A DNA stretch of 64,000 bases from a virus. Both the position numbers and the translations under genes were made by a program. Below the pieces are notes generated by a model that worked only from the letters and a program-made list of their open reading frames with translations, searched no databases and was not told the DNA's origin. Shown here piece by piece: positions 1 through 8,565 of this stretch. The stretch covers positions 1-64,000 of the IMG/VR virus record IMGVR_UViG_3300028025_000091; one strand, given 5' to 3'. Positions within the stretch are counted from its first letter, which is position 1. Every line of letters starts with the position of its first letter.

Positions 1-107
1 AGTGGAAGTCTATAGTTAAAAGTAAAGAAGGTAGCGATGTAGATTTTAAATACCATTTCCAAGAAATCATTCAATCTATCAATCAAATTAAACTACAAGA
101 ACAATGA
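1..107 (+). CDS. 3' end of a small hypothetical protein (ends ...QEQ), truncated by the window edge
   Basis: Open frame from position 3 to TGA at 105-107, overlapping the next ATG (ATGA). Confidence 0.55.
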   Translation, partial: WKSIVKSKEGSDVDFKYHFQEIIQSINQIKLQEQ

Positions 108-352
108 ATGATTGGAAATTAAAAAAGATAACTCTTGAGTTTAAACAAGGTTACTCTTTCAACAAAACAGAGGATAGATATGAAGGTAAGATTGAATTTG
201 ATAATGATGAATTTGAATCGTTTTCAGTCAAAGTAACTGATGAAATGTCTAAGCCATACTTAAAGTTAATTGCAGGAGAAGTCGTAAAAAACGCACAGCA
301 GTTAGCGGATAAATTAGAAAAATCTTTACTAACTAAACAACAAGAACAATGA
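104..352 (+). CDS. Hypothetical early protein, 82 aa
   Basis: ORF track; ATGA-coupled to both neighbours. Confidence 0.75.
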   Translation: MNDWKLKKITLEFKQGYSFNKTEDRYEGKIEFDNDEFESFSVKVTDEMSKPYLKLIAGEVVKNAQQLADKLEKSLLTKQQEQ

Positions 353-522
353 ATAAAATAGAAAGAGCAATCTATGATGTGAAATTATTCATCCAAGCGA
401 AAGAGCAGGAAATTTTAATATGTAAGACAGAACTTAAAGTTTACCAATCTTATTTGAGAACTTTAGAATGTATCGAAATCGATACTTCAATACCACATCA
501 AACTGAAAAACAAGAACAATGA
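349..522 (+). CDS. Hypothetical protein, 57 aa (MNKIERAIYDVKLF...EKQEQ), not in ORF track
   Basis: Manual translation; ATGA overlaps at both ends. Confidence 0.7.
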   Translation: MNKIERAIYDVKLFIQAKEQEILICKTELKVYQSYLRTLECIEIDTSIPHQTEKQEQ

Positions 523-752
523 CACCAAAAGAAAAAGCAAAAGAATTAGTAGATAAGTTTAACTATGAGTCAAAACACTATTTAATGTTAGATGCTAAGC
601 AATGTGCGTTGATTGCAATTGATGAGTGTATCAAATACGAAAAACAAATAGTTGAGCAAATTAAGTCATTGCAGTTACCGAACTCGTTTATTGCAATTAT
701 AAATCAGGGTTCATATTGGATGCAAGTAAAACAAGAAATAAATAACCTTTAA
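519..752 (+). CDS. Phage hypothetical protein (MTPKEKAKEL... type)
   Basis: ORF track; N-terminus and AKQCALIA motif resemble small phage proteins I recognise from Bacteroidota phages. Confidence 0.75.
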   Translation: MTPKEKAKELVDKFNYESKHYLMLDAKQCALIAIDECIKYEKQIVEQIKSLQLPNSFIAIINQGSYWMQVKQEINNL

Positions 753-822
753 ACAACAAGAACAATAAAGGAATAACTTTAGTAAGTAATCTTTCGTATA
801 TTAAAGTATAAAATAAGAAAAT

Positions 823-1329
823 ATGTCAATAGTTCGTTTCATCGCAGATTTACATTTATCACATCAAAACATGGCTACTCGTCGTGGTTTCTCAACTATA
901 GAGGAACACGACGAGCACATTATTGCAAAATGGAATAGTGTGGTAAACAAACGAGACGTTACCTATATTTTAGGTGATGTGACGATGGAAAAATCATCAC
1001 CATACCCATTACTTGATCGTTTAAACGGTATCAAACACATCGTGTTAGGAAACCACGATCGCCGTCAAGATGTTAAAAAACTATTTGACTATGCTGAAAG
1101 TGTAGGTGGAATGATACAATACAAAGGTATATTTCTCACTCACTGCCCAATACACTCAGATGAACTTGAGTATGGAATCGTAAAAAATATTCACGGACAT
1201 ATTCATGATAAAGTTGTTATGAAGATGCTTGATGGATGGGAAGTACCAGATGAACGTTATTTCTGTGTTAGTTGTGAGCGAGTAGATTATATACCAAAAT
1301 CACTTAAGGACTTAGGTATTGAAAGATAA
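823..1329 (+). CDS. Calcineurin-like metallophosphoesterase
   Basis: Motifs DLH, GD, GNHD and HGHIH. Confidence 0.9.
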   Translation: MSIVRFIADLHLSHQNMATRRGFSTIEEHDEHIIAKWNSVVNKRDVTYILGDVTMEKSSPYPLLDRLNGIKHIVLGNHDRRQDVKKLFDYAESVGGMIQYKGIFLTHCPIHSDELEYGIVKNIHGHIHDKVVMKMLDGWEVPDERYFCVSCERVDYIPKSLKDLGIER

Positions 1330-1362
1330 ATTCGTATATTAAACGTATAAAAAGAGAAAGTT

Positions 1363-2094
1363 ATGACAGGAAAACAGTTAGATATGTTTGCAGGTGTGTT
1401 ATTAACAGCTGATCAACAAGAACAAGTAAATACCTATATTGAAAATTGCAAGAAAAGTTCAGAGTTTGCTCAAACAAAACACAACAATATTGTAGGGTTG
1501 TTACTTATGAATGGTTTTTGTAAGAATACTCATTTTGAAGAAAGTTGTAAAACAACTATTGAAACACGTACTGTAAAATTAGGTTATACCTATAATAACA
1601 CTGATTTTGAAACAGAAGTTACAGCTGAATATAGCCAATCAGAAATTTATCTATTAGGACAAAGTTTTGATTCATATAAAGGTAAAGTTAAACCAACCAA
1701 GTTCTACTTTGATGTTGAAAAAGATAAGATTCAATGTGGTTCAATCACAGAACAATATCGATATTACAAACCAAGAACATTACTTGAAAAACTTCAACGA
1801 CATAATGAAAATGCTATGTATCGTTTTGAGGAACATCAGAAGAAAACAAACCTAGAAAAAAACACAATTGAAAAATACACAAAACTATATCCAAACACTA
1901 CAATAGAAGCTAAAGATGGTTGGAGTAAATATGCTGGTTCATATCGATTAATTGAAGTTAAATTTGAATCAGGCAGTTATGTTCAGTTTAAGTTAGATAC
2001 TTACAACAACAAAGAATATATGTGTAATAAACATGATGCTTTAACTGATAAGCTTACAGCAGATGAATTGTTAGATAGATTCTCAAAACAGTAA
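1363..2094 (+). CDS. Hypothetical early protein, 243 aa
   Basis: ORF track; class I promoter upstream. Confidence 0.8.
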   Translation: MTGKQLDMFAGVLLTADQQEQVNTYIENCKKSSEFAQTKHNNIVGLLLMNGFCKNTHFEESCKTTIETRTVKLGYTYNNTDFETEVTAEYSQSEIYLLGQSFDSYKGKVKPTKFYFDVEKDKIQCGSITEQYRYYKPRTLLEKLQRHNENAMYRFEEHQKKTNLEKNTIEKYTKLYPNTTIEAKDGWSKYAGSYRLIEVKFESGSYVQFKLDTYNNKEYMCNKHDALTDKLTADELLDRFSKQ

Positions 2095-2100
2095 AAAAAG

Positions 2101-2124
2101 GAAGCCCTCAATTAAGAGGGCTTT
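2101..2124 (+). terminator. Hairpin GAAGCCCTC-AATTAA-GAGGGCTTT inside a class I promoter spacer
   Basis: Inverted repeat just after the stop of 1363..2094; short U-tract. Confidence 0.55.
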
Positions 2125-2156
2125 CGTATATTTCAAGTAAGAAAAAAATAAAGGTT

Positions 2157-2318
2157 ATGACAAAATTTGAATTTAATAATCCAACAAGATTAAAAGAATT
2201 TTTAAAGCAGTTAAATGAACTTGTAGATGAATTTCATCCAAACATATATTTGATGGATGATGTGTGTGAAGCACTAGAAAAAATTGATGAAGCAATTAAA
2301 AAAGAACTAAGCAAATGA
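2157..2318 (+). CDS. Hypothetical protein, 53 aa, not in ORF track
   Basis: AAGGTTATG start after promoter; ATGA overlap with next gene. Confidence 0.65.
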   Translation: MTKFEFNNPTRLKEFLKQLNELVDEFHPNIYLMDDVCEALEKIDEAIKKELSK

Positions 2319-2836
2319 AATTTAAAAAAGGAGACATATTAGAATTTAAAGGAGTACCAACATACGCTGCTAAAAAGGGAGCAAAAGCTATTTGTGTTAG
2401 TAATGGTGATTATGTCTATGTAGAATGGATTCGAAATGGAGATGACAATGATCAAGGCAACGGTGGTTATGAGGAATCATGGTTTACAAAAGTAGAGGAA
2501 GTTTATACACAAAAAGAAGATCGTATATTGGAAGAAAATAAGAAGGTTATGAAATTTGATTTAGAAAAAGGTAAACAAGGGTTAGTAGAGTATTTCGAAA
2601 CGGAATTTGAAAGAGCATCAATATATTCACTTGAGTATATTAAGAGTTGTGATGATATGGATTTGGTTGAAAGTGAAGCAAGATCGTTTCGTGCCTTTAA
2701 GGAAGAAAACAATAAAGTAATAGGTAAAATTGAACGCGCCTCATCATTATCATCAGTATTTGAAGCATTAGTAGATACTATTTTAGAGGATGACGATGAA
2801 ACTATTTTATCATTTTTTATTGAAGGGCTACAATGA
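2315..2836 (+). CDS. Hypothetical protein; probable fusion of two genes with an internal start at 2549
   Basis: Internal class I promoter (2497-2529) and in-frame AAGGTTATG start at 2549. Confidence 0.7.
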   Translation: MKFKKGDILEFKGVPTYAAKKGAKAICVSNGDYVYVEWIRNGDDNDQGNGGYEESWFTKVEEVYTQKEDRILEENKKVMKFDLEKGKQGLVEYFETEFERASIYSLEYIKSCDDMDLVESEARSFRAFKEENNKVIGKIERASSLSSVFEALVDTILEDDDETILSFFIEGLQ

Positions 2837-2971
2837 GAAAGTCAGCAAAACAACAAGTAGAGGAAATAGAAATGGCACGATTCGAAATGTATATGGCCTT
2901 ATTCTTACTTGACTTAGGAATAGAATTATCAAAATAGATTTCGTATATTAATTGTATAAAAAAAGAAAAAT

Positions 2972-3349
2972 ATGTCAACAAGAAGTAGAATAGCAATAGA
3001 AAACCAAGACGGATCAGTAACATCAATTTATTGTCACTTTGATGGTTATACAGATGGAGTAGGAAAAAAGTTAGAAAAATGGTACACAACACAAGCCAAA
3101 GTAGAAGCATTGATTGAATTGGGAGACATTTCATCATTAGACATGACTCCAACATCTACAGTAGCGTATCATCGTGATCGAGATGAAGATTTTAACCAAA
3201 CAACATATGACAATGTTCCAACACTATTTGAATCAGGATTCAACATTGGAGTAGAATACATTTACTGCTACACCAAAAGTGGACAATGGTTAGTATCTGA
3301 TGATGGCCCAGTTATGGAATTGGAACGAGCAATCGAGGAGGGATTATAA
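2972..3349 (+). CDS. Conserved phage hypothetical protein (MSTRSRI...YCHxDGY type)
   Basis: Recognisable N-terminal motif; class I promoter upstream. Confidence 0.8.
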   Translation: MSTRSRIAIENQDGSVTSIYCHFDGYTDGVGKKLEKWYTTQAKVEALIELGDISSLDMTPTSTVAYHRDRDEDFNQTTYDNVPTLFESGFNIGVEYIYCYTKSGQWLVSDDGPVMELERAIEEGL

Positions 3350-3564
3350 TGAAATTTGAAAACAAAGAACAAGTAGTAGATGCATTGGTAACGGAGTGGA
3401 ATCGTAAAAGAACAAGTTTTTACAACACTCCAACCAATCAAACCAATGAAGATTATTGGACGTTTAATCGCACATTGGCTTACTACAACAAATTGAAAAA
3501 AGAATATTTCATTACTTGTGTAGGGAATTTAGCTCACAACAGCTTAAAAGGAATATTGAGTTAA
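3349..3564 (+). CDS. Hypothetical protein
   Basis: ORF track; TAATG coupling. Confidence 0.7.
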   Translation: MKFENKEQVVDALVTEWNRKRTSFYNTPTNQTNEDYWTFNRTLAYYNKLKKEYFITCVGNLAHNSLKGILS

Positions 3565-3631
3565 AAATATCTTTCGTATATTGACTGTATAAGAAAAGAA
3601 AAACATTTAAAAAAACAAAAAAATAAAGGTT

Positions 3632-3850
3632 ATGAGCAAATTAAATCAATTTCAAAAAGGTACAATTAGAGAAGCATTAACAATGTATGGCAATGCTCTA
3701 AAACAAGAAATCGCTGATGCTGAAGCAGCAGGTAAACGACCATTCATGACACAAGGTTTTGTGGATATGCAAATCAATGAGTTACTAGACACATTAAAAG
3801 TTGTAAGCGAAACAAAAACAAAAACTCTAAACAGTGGATATGAGCGATGA
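3632..3850 (+). CDS. Hypothetical protein
   Basis: ORF track; promoter and AAAGGTTATG start. Confidence 0.75.
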   Translation: MSKLNQFQKGTIREALTMYGNALKQEIADAEAAGKRPFMTQGFVDMQINELLDTLKVVSETKTKTLNSGYER

Positions 3851-3955
3851 AGAAGCATTGCTCATACTTGAGCAAATGGAAGAACTAGATTTTGGAGCTA
3901 GGGACATAGGTTTTTAAGAGTAATTTCGTATATTGATTGTATAAAAAGAAAGGTT

Positions 3956-4195
3956 ATGAAAAAGAAAGATATTATTGAATTACTCCAAAACAAAGAAGCA
4001 TTAGCTTATTTAGATCTACAACAATGTAACGACGTGTTTGGTACAGATCATCAATACACAAAACAAACAAGACGGACATGGGGTGTTTTAAATGAAATAT
4101 TGGATGAAATTAAAGTAAAACCAAATATGGAATTAGAAGCAGCTAAACAAGCTCAAAAAATGATTTTAAATAGATATAAAAAAGAATTTGCTTAG
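3956..4195 (+). CDS. Hypothetical protein
   Basis: ORF track; promoter and AAAGGTTATG start. Confidence 0.75.
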   Translation: MKKKDIIELLQNKEALAYLDLQQCNDVFGTDHQYTKQTRRTWGVLNEILDEIKVKPNMELEAAKQAQKMILNRYKKEFA

Positions 4196-4239
4196 CTTGC
4201 TTTACCCCACACCACAATACTCAAATACGTATATACAAA

Positions 4240-4410
4240 ATGAAATTAAAACAATGCGATAAAGTAACATGCATGACACACCCAGGTGTGTGGACGTTAG
4301 TGTGGTATAAAGAAGGAGACACAACGTGTGCAATACAAAACTACAAATATAGGTGTATTGTTAAAACAGCTACTTTAAAGAAAGTAGTTGAGGACAAAGA
4401 AAATAAATAG
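4240..4410 (+). CDS. Hypothetical protein, 56 aa (MKLKQCDKVTCMTHPG...), not in ORF track
   Basis: Manual translation; fills the gap between promoters. Confidence 0.6.
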   Translation: MKLKQCDKVTCMTHPGVWTLVWYKEGDTTCAIQNYKYRCIVKTATLKKVVEDKENK

Positions 4411-4466
4411 AGATTTCGTATATTTCAGTATAAATAAAGAAACATAAATTAAAAAAAGAAAAAGTT

Positions 4467-4655
4467 ATGATGTTATCAATCGCAATTATTTTAGGAGTAG
4501 CAATGGTATTAAATATTATTGATACAGAAGGGAATTACAATGTATTAATGGCCGCGGCGTTAGTTGTTTCATTGTTTGCTTTAAACATTGTTTTAGCAAT
4601 TGTTATTTTGAGTGTATTAGCACTATTGGGAATTGCAAAAGCACTTAGTAACTAA
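4467..4655 (+). CDS. Small membrane protein
   Basis: Almost entirely hydrophobic 62-aa ORF with its own promoter. Confidence 0.7.
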   Translation: MMLSIAIILGVAMVLNIIDTEGNYNVLMAAALVVSLFALNIVLAIVILSVLALLGIAKALSN

Positions 4656-4746
4656 AGCAAATAACCAATAGGTTATTTTTAAGGAATAAAAGATATAAAG
4701 GTAAGTTCGTATATTTCAGTATAAATAAGAAAATAAAAAGACAGTT

Positions 4747-5172
4747 ATGACAAAAGAAACATTAGTAAACCAATTAGAAGCAGCAAAAGCATTATCATCA
4801 CAAGTTGATATTGATAAAGTAATTGAATTGATCAAACAGATCGAAACACCAACAAAAATTACACAGGAATTAGTAGATGATATGTGTAGTAAAATTGAGC
4901 GTTGTTTAGATAACAATGCCGATGATTTAGTTGATAAGGACAACGTTTCATTTAGCATTGGTTATGGAAATGTAATTGAAATAGATGATGCGCAAATTGA
5001 TACTTATGAAGTAATGAAACATATCTCAGATATATTAGATGAGTTTGTAAATGATGAAGATGATGAAGAAGGAATGGAAGAAATTATTCAAGATGAAGAT
5101 GTTGAAGAAATTCCTAATGAGTCGGGACTAGTTCAATCCGCAATGCGAGAATATAGTAATTTAGGTAATTAA
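4747..5172 (+). CDS. Acidic hypothetical protein
   Basis: ORF track; D/E-rich C-terminus. Confidence 0.8.
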   Translation: MTKETLVNQLEAAKALSSQVDIDKVIELIKQIETPTKITQELVDDMCSKIERCLDNNADDLVDKDNVSFSIGYGNVIEIDDAQIDTYEVMKHISDILDEFVNDEDDEEGMEEIIQDEDVEEIPNESGLVQSAMREYSNLGN

Positions 5173-5183
5173 GTAAAATAAAG

Positions 5184-5207
5184 GAAGCCCTCAATCAAGA
5201 GGGCTTT
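5184..5207 (+). terminator. Hairpin GAAGCCCTC-AATCAA-GAGGGCTTT, near-identical to 2101-2124
   Basis: Inverted repeat after a stop codon, within a class I promoter spacer. Confidence 0.55.
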
Positions 5208-5238
5208 CGTATATTTCATCAAATAAAAAGAAAAACAT

Positions 5239-5640
5239 ATGAATTTACAAAATTTAGATAGAAACGAATTACTAGCATTACAACAGCTAATCAATAAAGC
5301 ACTTGATCAACCAAAAGAAAAGGATGTTGATGATATGATTAAAGAAATCATAGATAATTTTAATTTTGCTAAAGTGGAAACTGTTATGGATGCTTTAGAT
5401 TGGCAGTGGAGAGGAGAAACACCAACAATTGATGATTTATATGAAGAAGCAAAACGTTTACTACGAGGTGCAGCGGAAAGTAGATTAGGTGCTTTTAAAA
5501 ATGAACATCATGGTGTAGCAATCATAAATGCTTGTGGTGGATTTGAAGCTAAGGCATTTTGTAATGAAGATAAAACTAAAATTACAGGACTAGACCTTGC
5601 ATTTGTAGTTGCAAGTTGGGATTCAAGTATAGAGGAATAA
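5239..5640 (+). CDS. Hypothetical protein
   Basis: ORF track; own promoter. Confidence 0.8.
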   Translation: MNLQNLDRNELLALQQLINKALDQPKEKDVDDMIKEIIDNFNFAKVETVMDALDWQWRGETPTIDDLYEEAKRLLRGAAESRLGAFKNEHHGVAIINACGGFEAKAFCNEDKTKITGLDLAFVVASWDSSIEE

Positions 5641-5697
5641 GCTTATTAAAATTGTTTTCGTATATTGATTGTATAAAAAGAGATAAAAAAGAAAGTT

Positions 5698-6009
5698 ATG
5701 AGTAAATACAGAGAATTAAGAATAAACCAACCAAAACTAACCATCAAAGAAGGGGCACGTGAAGTGATTTTCAAACTAGTATCGTGCATGTGTGATAATG
5801 TTAGTTATATTAAATTTTATCAAAATGATAAAGAGTATTTTCGAATGCAATCAACTACAAGTCATGGAATGGGAAATGCATTATCTAATTATCAAATGAA
5901 ACACACTAAAGAAGAAATTGAGTGGGAAGCAGATGAAAATATGTGGGGTGGAGTTATAGCAATGGTTAATTCAGGTACATCAGTTATTGAATCAGTAAAA
6001 AGTAGATAA
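5698..6009 (+). CDS. Hypothetical protein
   Basis: ORF track; own promoter. Confidence 0.75.
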   Translation: MSKYRELRINQPKLTIKEGAREVIFKLVSCMCDNVSYIKFYQNDKEYFRMQSTTSHGMGNALSNYQMKHTKEEIEWEADENMWGGVIAMVNSGTSVIESVKSR

Positions 6010-6197
6010 TATGAATAGAGATATAAATTTTACAGATGAGTTTGGTAATGAATTCTTTGTTAAAGTAAGAGAAGATAAAGTAAAAGTATTTAAGAATAAA
6101 ATCGAAATAACAGATGTAAGATTTTATGTAGATGAATTAGGGGAAGAAGATTATTAAAGTAGATTTCGTATATTTCATCAAATAAAAAGGATAAGAT

Positions 6198-6413
6198 ATG
6201 TTAAAAGAAGCAATTGAATTATTAAGTAAATTTGGATTAGTAGATGGCAATTCATTACCAGACTCAACACCAGGTCATATGTACCAATTCCGATCAAGTT
6301 CACCTAACTTAATTGTACCTGCTCCGGGGATGAAAACAACTATATCAGGGTTTTTAAAGGATAATGGTTTCACAGTTAAACCAATGGGTACAATGTTAAA
6401 AATTAGTAAATAA
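6198..6413 (+). CDS. Hypothetical protein
   Basis: ORF track; own promoter. Confidence 0.7.
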   Translation: MLKEAIELLSKFGLVDGNSLPDSTPGHMYQFRSSSPNLIVPAPGMKTTISGFLKDNGFTVKPMGTMLKISK

Positions 6414-6421
6414 AAAGTACA

Positions 6422-6649
6422 ATGACAAACTCAATAGTAAACGGAAACATATATGACATTGGTCAAACAGTAAACGGAGTATCAAAGTTTCTATGGTTTA
6501 ATGGGAAATGGTATTATTGTAATGAGGAAAGATTTTCATACTTAGATGAATATGAATATGACCAAGATGATTTAACAAAACTTGTTAATGATAACGACTT
6601 TAATGAAGTAACATTAGTAGGAAATATTTTAGAACCCTCTAGACAATAA
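6422..6649 (+). CDS. Hypothetical protein
   Basis: ORF track. Confidence 0.7.
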   Translation: MTNSIVNGNIYDIGQTVNGVSKFLWFNGKWYYCNEERFSYLDEYEYDQDDLTKLVNDNDFNEVTLVGNILEPSRQ

Positions 6650-6709
6650 ATTAAGGACAAAAGTTATCAAATAAACTTTCGTATATTTCGGGTATAAAAA
6701 GAGATAAAT

Positions 6710-6898
6710 ATGGTACAATTTAGGTTTGAAACAGAAGTAGAAACAACAGTAGTAGTAGAGTATTTCATTGATGCTGAAACGTTAGAGGAAGCACTTGAAC
6801 AATTAAAAAGTGGAGAACATAGAGATGAAGGGATTATATTGAGAGAGAACTTTAATTGGGAAACAGAAGTAATTACTGTAGAAGAGGAACTAAATTAG
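6710..6898 (+). CDS. Small acidic hypothetical protein
   Basis: ORF track; very E-rich; own promoter. Confidence 0.7.
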   Translation: MVQFRFETEVETTVVVEYFIDAETLEEALEQLKSGEHRDEGIILRENFNWETEVITVEEELN

Positions 6899-6943
6899 TG
6901 AGATAGAGATCGTATATTCCAGTATAAATAAAGAAAGAAAATT

Positions 6944-7099
6944 ATGTATAGTTTAAAATGTGATTATTATAAAAAGGAATTCAATCATTTACATGAATTA
7001 ATTGATGATGTATTGATGAGTGGAATGGACCCAAATTATGAAATAACTAAGAATGGGAAACAAATGGGTGAATATTTAAACGAATTAATAGGATTCTGA
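6944..7099 (+). CDS. Hypothetical protein, 51 aa (MYSLKCDYYKKEF...SGMDPNYEI), not in ORF track
   Basis: Manual translation directly after the promoter at 6909. Confidence 0.7.
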   Translation: MYSLKCDYYKKEFNHLHELIDDVLMSGMDPNYEITKNGKQMGEYLNELIGF

Positions 7100-7139
7100 T
7101 ATGACTACATTTATAGTAATACTGGTAATAGCAATGTTA

Positions 7140-7370
7140 ATCGTCAATGGGATAGATGAAAAATGATCATCAACAAATGGAAATTAACAATGAAAATCAA
7201 CGAGGATTAACGTGTATAAAACGAGAAAGATCATCATCAATGACGATCATCAACAAAACGGAAATTGTCGAAGATCATCACCAAGGAAATCGTCAATGTG
7301 TGGAATGAACATCAACATGGGGAACGTCAATCATCAACAATGATCATCAACAAATGAAAATCGTCGGAAC
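7140..7370. repeat. Cluster of short degenerate direct repeats (GATCATCAACAA / ATCRTCAA)
   Basis: About six GATCATCA(A/T/C)-type units plus ATCGTC variants in a region with no long ORF. Confidence 0.75.
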
Positions 7371-7536
7371 GTAGGTGGAATGTTGGTTGTCCACGAAGGG
7401 TATGTAAAAGTGGTGTGTCTAACCCTTCCATGACGCAACCACGTCCTTTTTAATACTTTTCCAAAAATATATACAAAACTTGTGAACAACCATATGTTCC
7501 CCACGGGAAAACGCGGGGAAAGGGGGATAAAATTAT

Positions 7537-7565
7537 TTGGATACCTGGGTTATCTTTCGTATACT
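7537..7565 (+). promoter_or_regulatory. Class II (Bacteroidota housekeeping-sigma type) promoter TTGG-N19-TAYMTT
   Basis: The same spacing recurs at 9404, 12024, 13530, 33688 (TTTG) and 45572. It matches the Bacteroidota -33 TTG / -7 TAnnTTTG consensus; this copy has a mismatched -7 box (TATACT). Confidence 0.65.
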
Positions 7566-7744
7566 CCACATATGTATAACGGAACAAGCGGGACACGGTT
7601 TAAAGAATAGCAACAGCGTATAGGGCACAAAAGTATTCCCAGGTAATCACAAGCAATGTTCACACATATTCACAAATAAAACAAAAGCATGCCATAAACG
7701 GTATGCTACAATACTGCTTAGATGATAAAACAACAGTTTTACTT

Positions 7745-7867
7745 ATGAAAACAATTGAAGTGACTATACAAGAAATTCAAGCCGCGACACGGCCAAACGT
7801 GTACCGGAATAGAAAGAAGTATACACGTAAAGACAAGCACCGAGGGAATAAGGGGTGTGATGATTGA
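7745..7867 (+). CDS. Small basic protein, 40 aa, with ArfA-like KKYTRKDKH motif; not in ORF track
   Basis: MKTIEVTIQEIQAATRPNVYRNRKKYTRKDKHRGNKGCDD. Confidence 0.6.
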   Translation: MKTIEVTIQEIQAATRPNVYRNRKKYTRKDKHRGNKGCDD

Positions 7868-7898
7868 TTCGTATATTGGGGTATAAATAAGATAAGAC

Positions 7899-8144
7899 AT
7901 GAAAAAGTTAATAATGATTTTAGGAGTAATGGTGGTAGCAATGAGTTCATGTACTGAGAATGCTCGAGCGAGACATTTTGGTGGTACTGAGACATTAGCC
8001 CTAAAGCCAAATGAGGTGGTATTAAATGTGACCTGGAAAGATAGTCAAATGTGGATCTGTACTCAAGACACAGTCACACGTGTGGTTTATTTTCGCGAGA
8101 AATCAAGTTGGGGCGTTATGGAGGGTACAGTAATAATTAAATAA
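7899..8144 (+). CDS. Predicted lipoprotein
   Basis: MKK, a hydrophobic stretch, then a MSSC lipobox. Confidence 0.75.
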   Translation: MKKLIMILGVMVVAMSSCTENARARHFGGTETLALKPNEVVLNVTWKDSQMWICTQDTVTRVVYFREKSSWGVMEGTVIIK

Positions 8145-8229
8145 CCAGGACACCCAGACACTAAATTAAATTCGTATATTTCAGTATAATTAAGATAAGA
8201 CAAAAAATTAAAATTTAAAAAGAAAAGTT

Positions 8230-8565
8230 ATGACAAAAGTAAATGAAGTAAAAGGAATTAAAACAGGTCGTCCAGTTAATCCAAATTCAGCAAGACAAAT
8301 CCGTTTAGCAGAGTTAGAAGCAAAGCGTTCCAATGGTGAGTTAAAACGAGGCCGTCCAGTGGATACAACTTCAGCTAGACAATTTAGATTACAAATTCAA
8401 GCAATCAATAAGCAATTAGGTATAGGTCAAGGCAGACCTGTTAATCCAAATAGTGCTAGACAAATCCGTTTAAATGAATTAGCTGCTAAAGCTGAAATGA
8501 ATGGAGGAGTAGTTAAGCGAGGACGCCCTGCTAAAGTAGTAGTAACAGATGAGGTGGCTGCATAA
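8230..8565 (+). CDS. AT-hook-like repeat DNA-binding protein
   Basis: Four GRP motifs (two KRGRP) and three GRPV-x-x-x-SARQxRL repeats. Confidence 0.7.
   Translation: MTKVNEVKGIKTGRPVNPNSARQIRLAELEAKRSNGELKRGRPVDTTSARQFRLQIQAINKQLGIGQGRPVNPNSARQIRLNELAAKAEMNGGVVKRGRPAKVVVTDEVAA

Larger units (their letters stand above)
95..768 (+). repeat. Four copies of ACAAGAACAAT(G/A)A at consecutive gene junctions
   Basis: Copies at 95-107, 340-352, 510-522 and 756-768. Confidence 0.85.

Noticed and set aside
7140-7370. GATCATCAACAA cluster as a mini-CRISPR array
   Set aside because: The units are too short and degenerate, with no constant spacer length.
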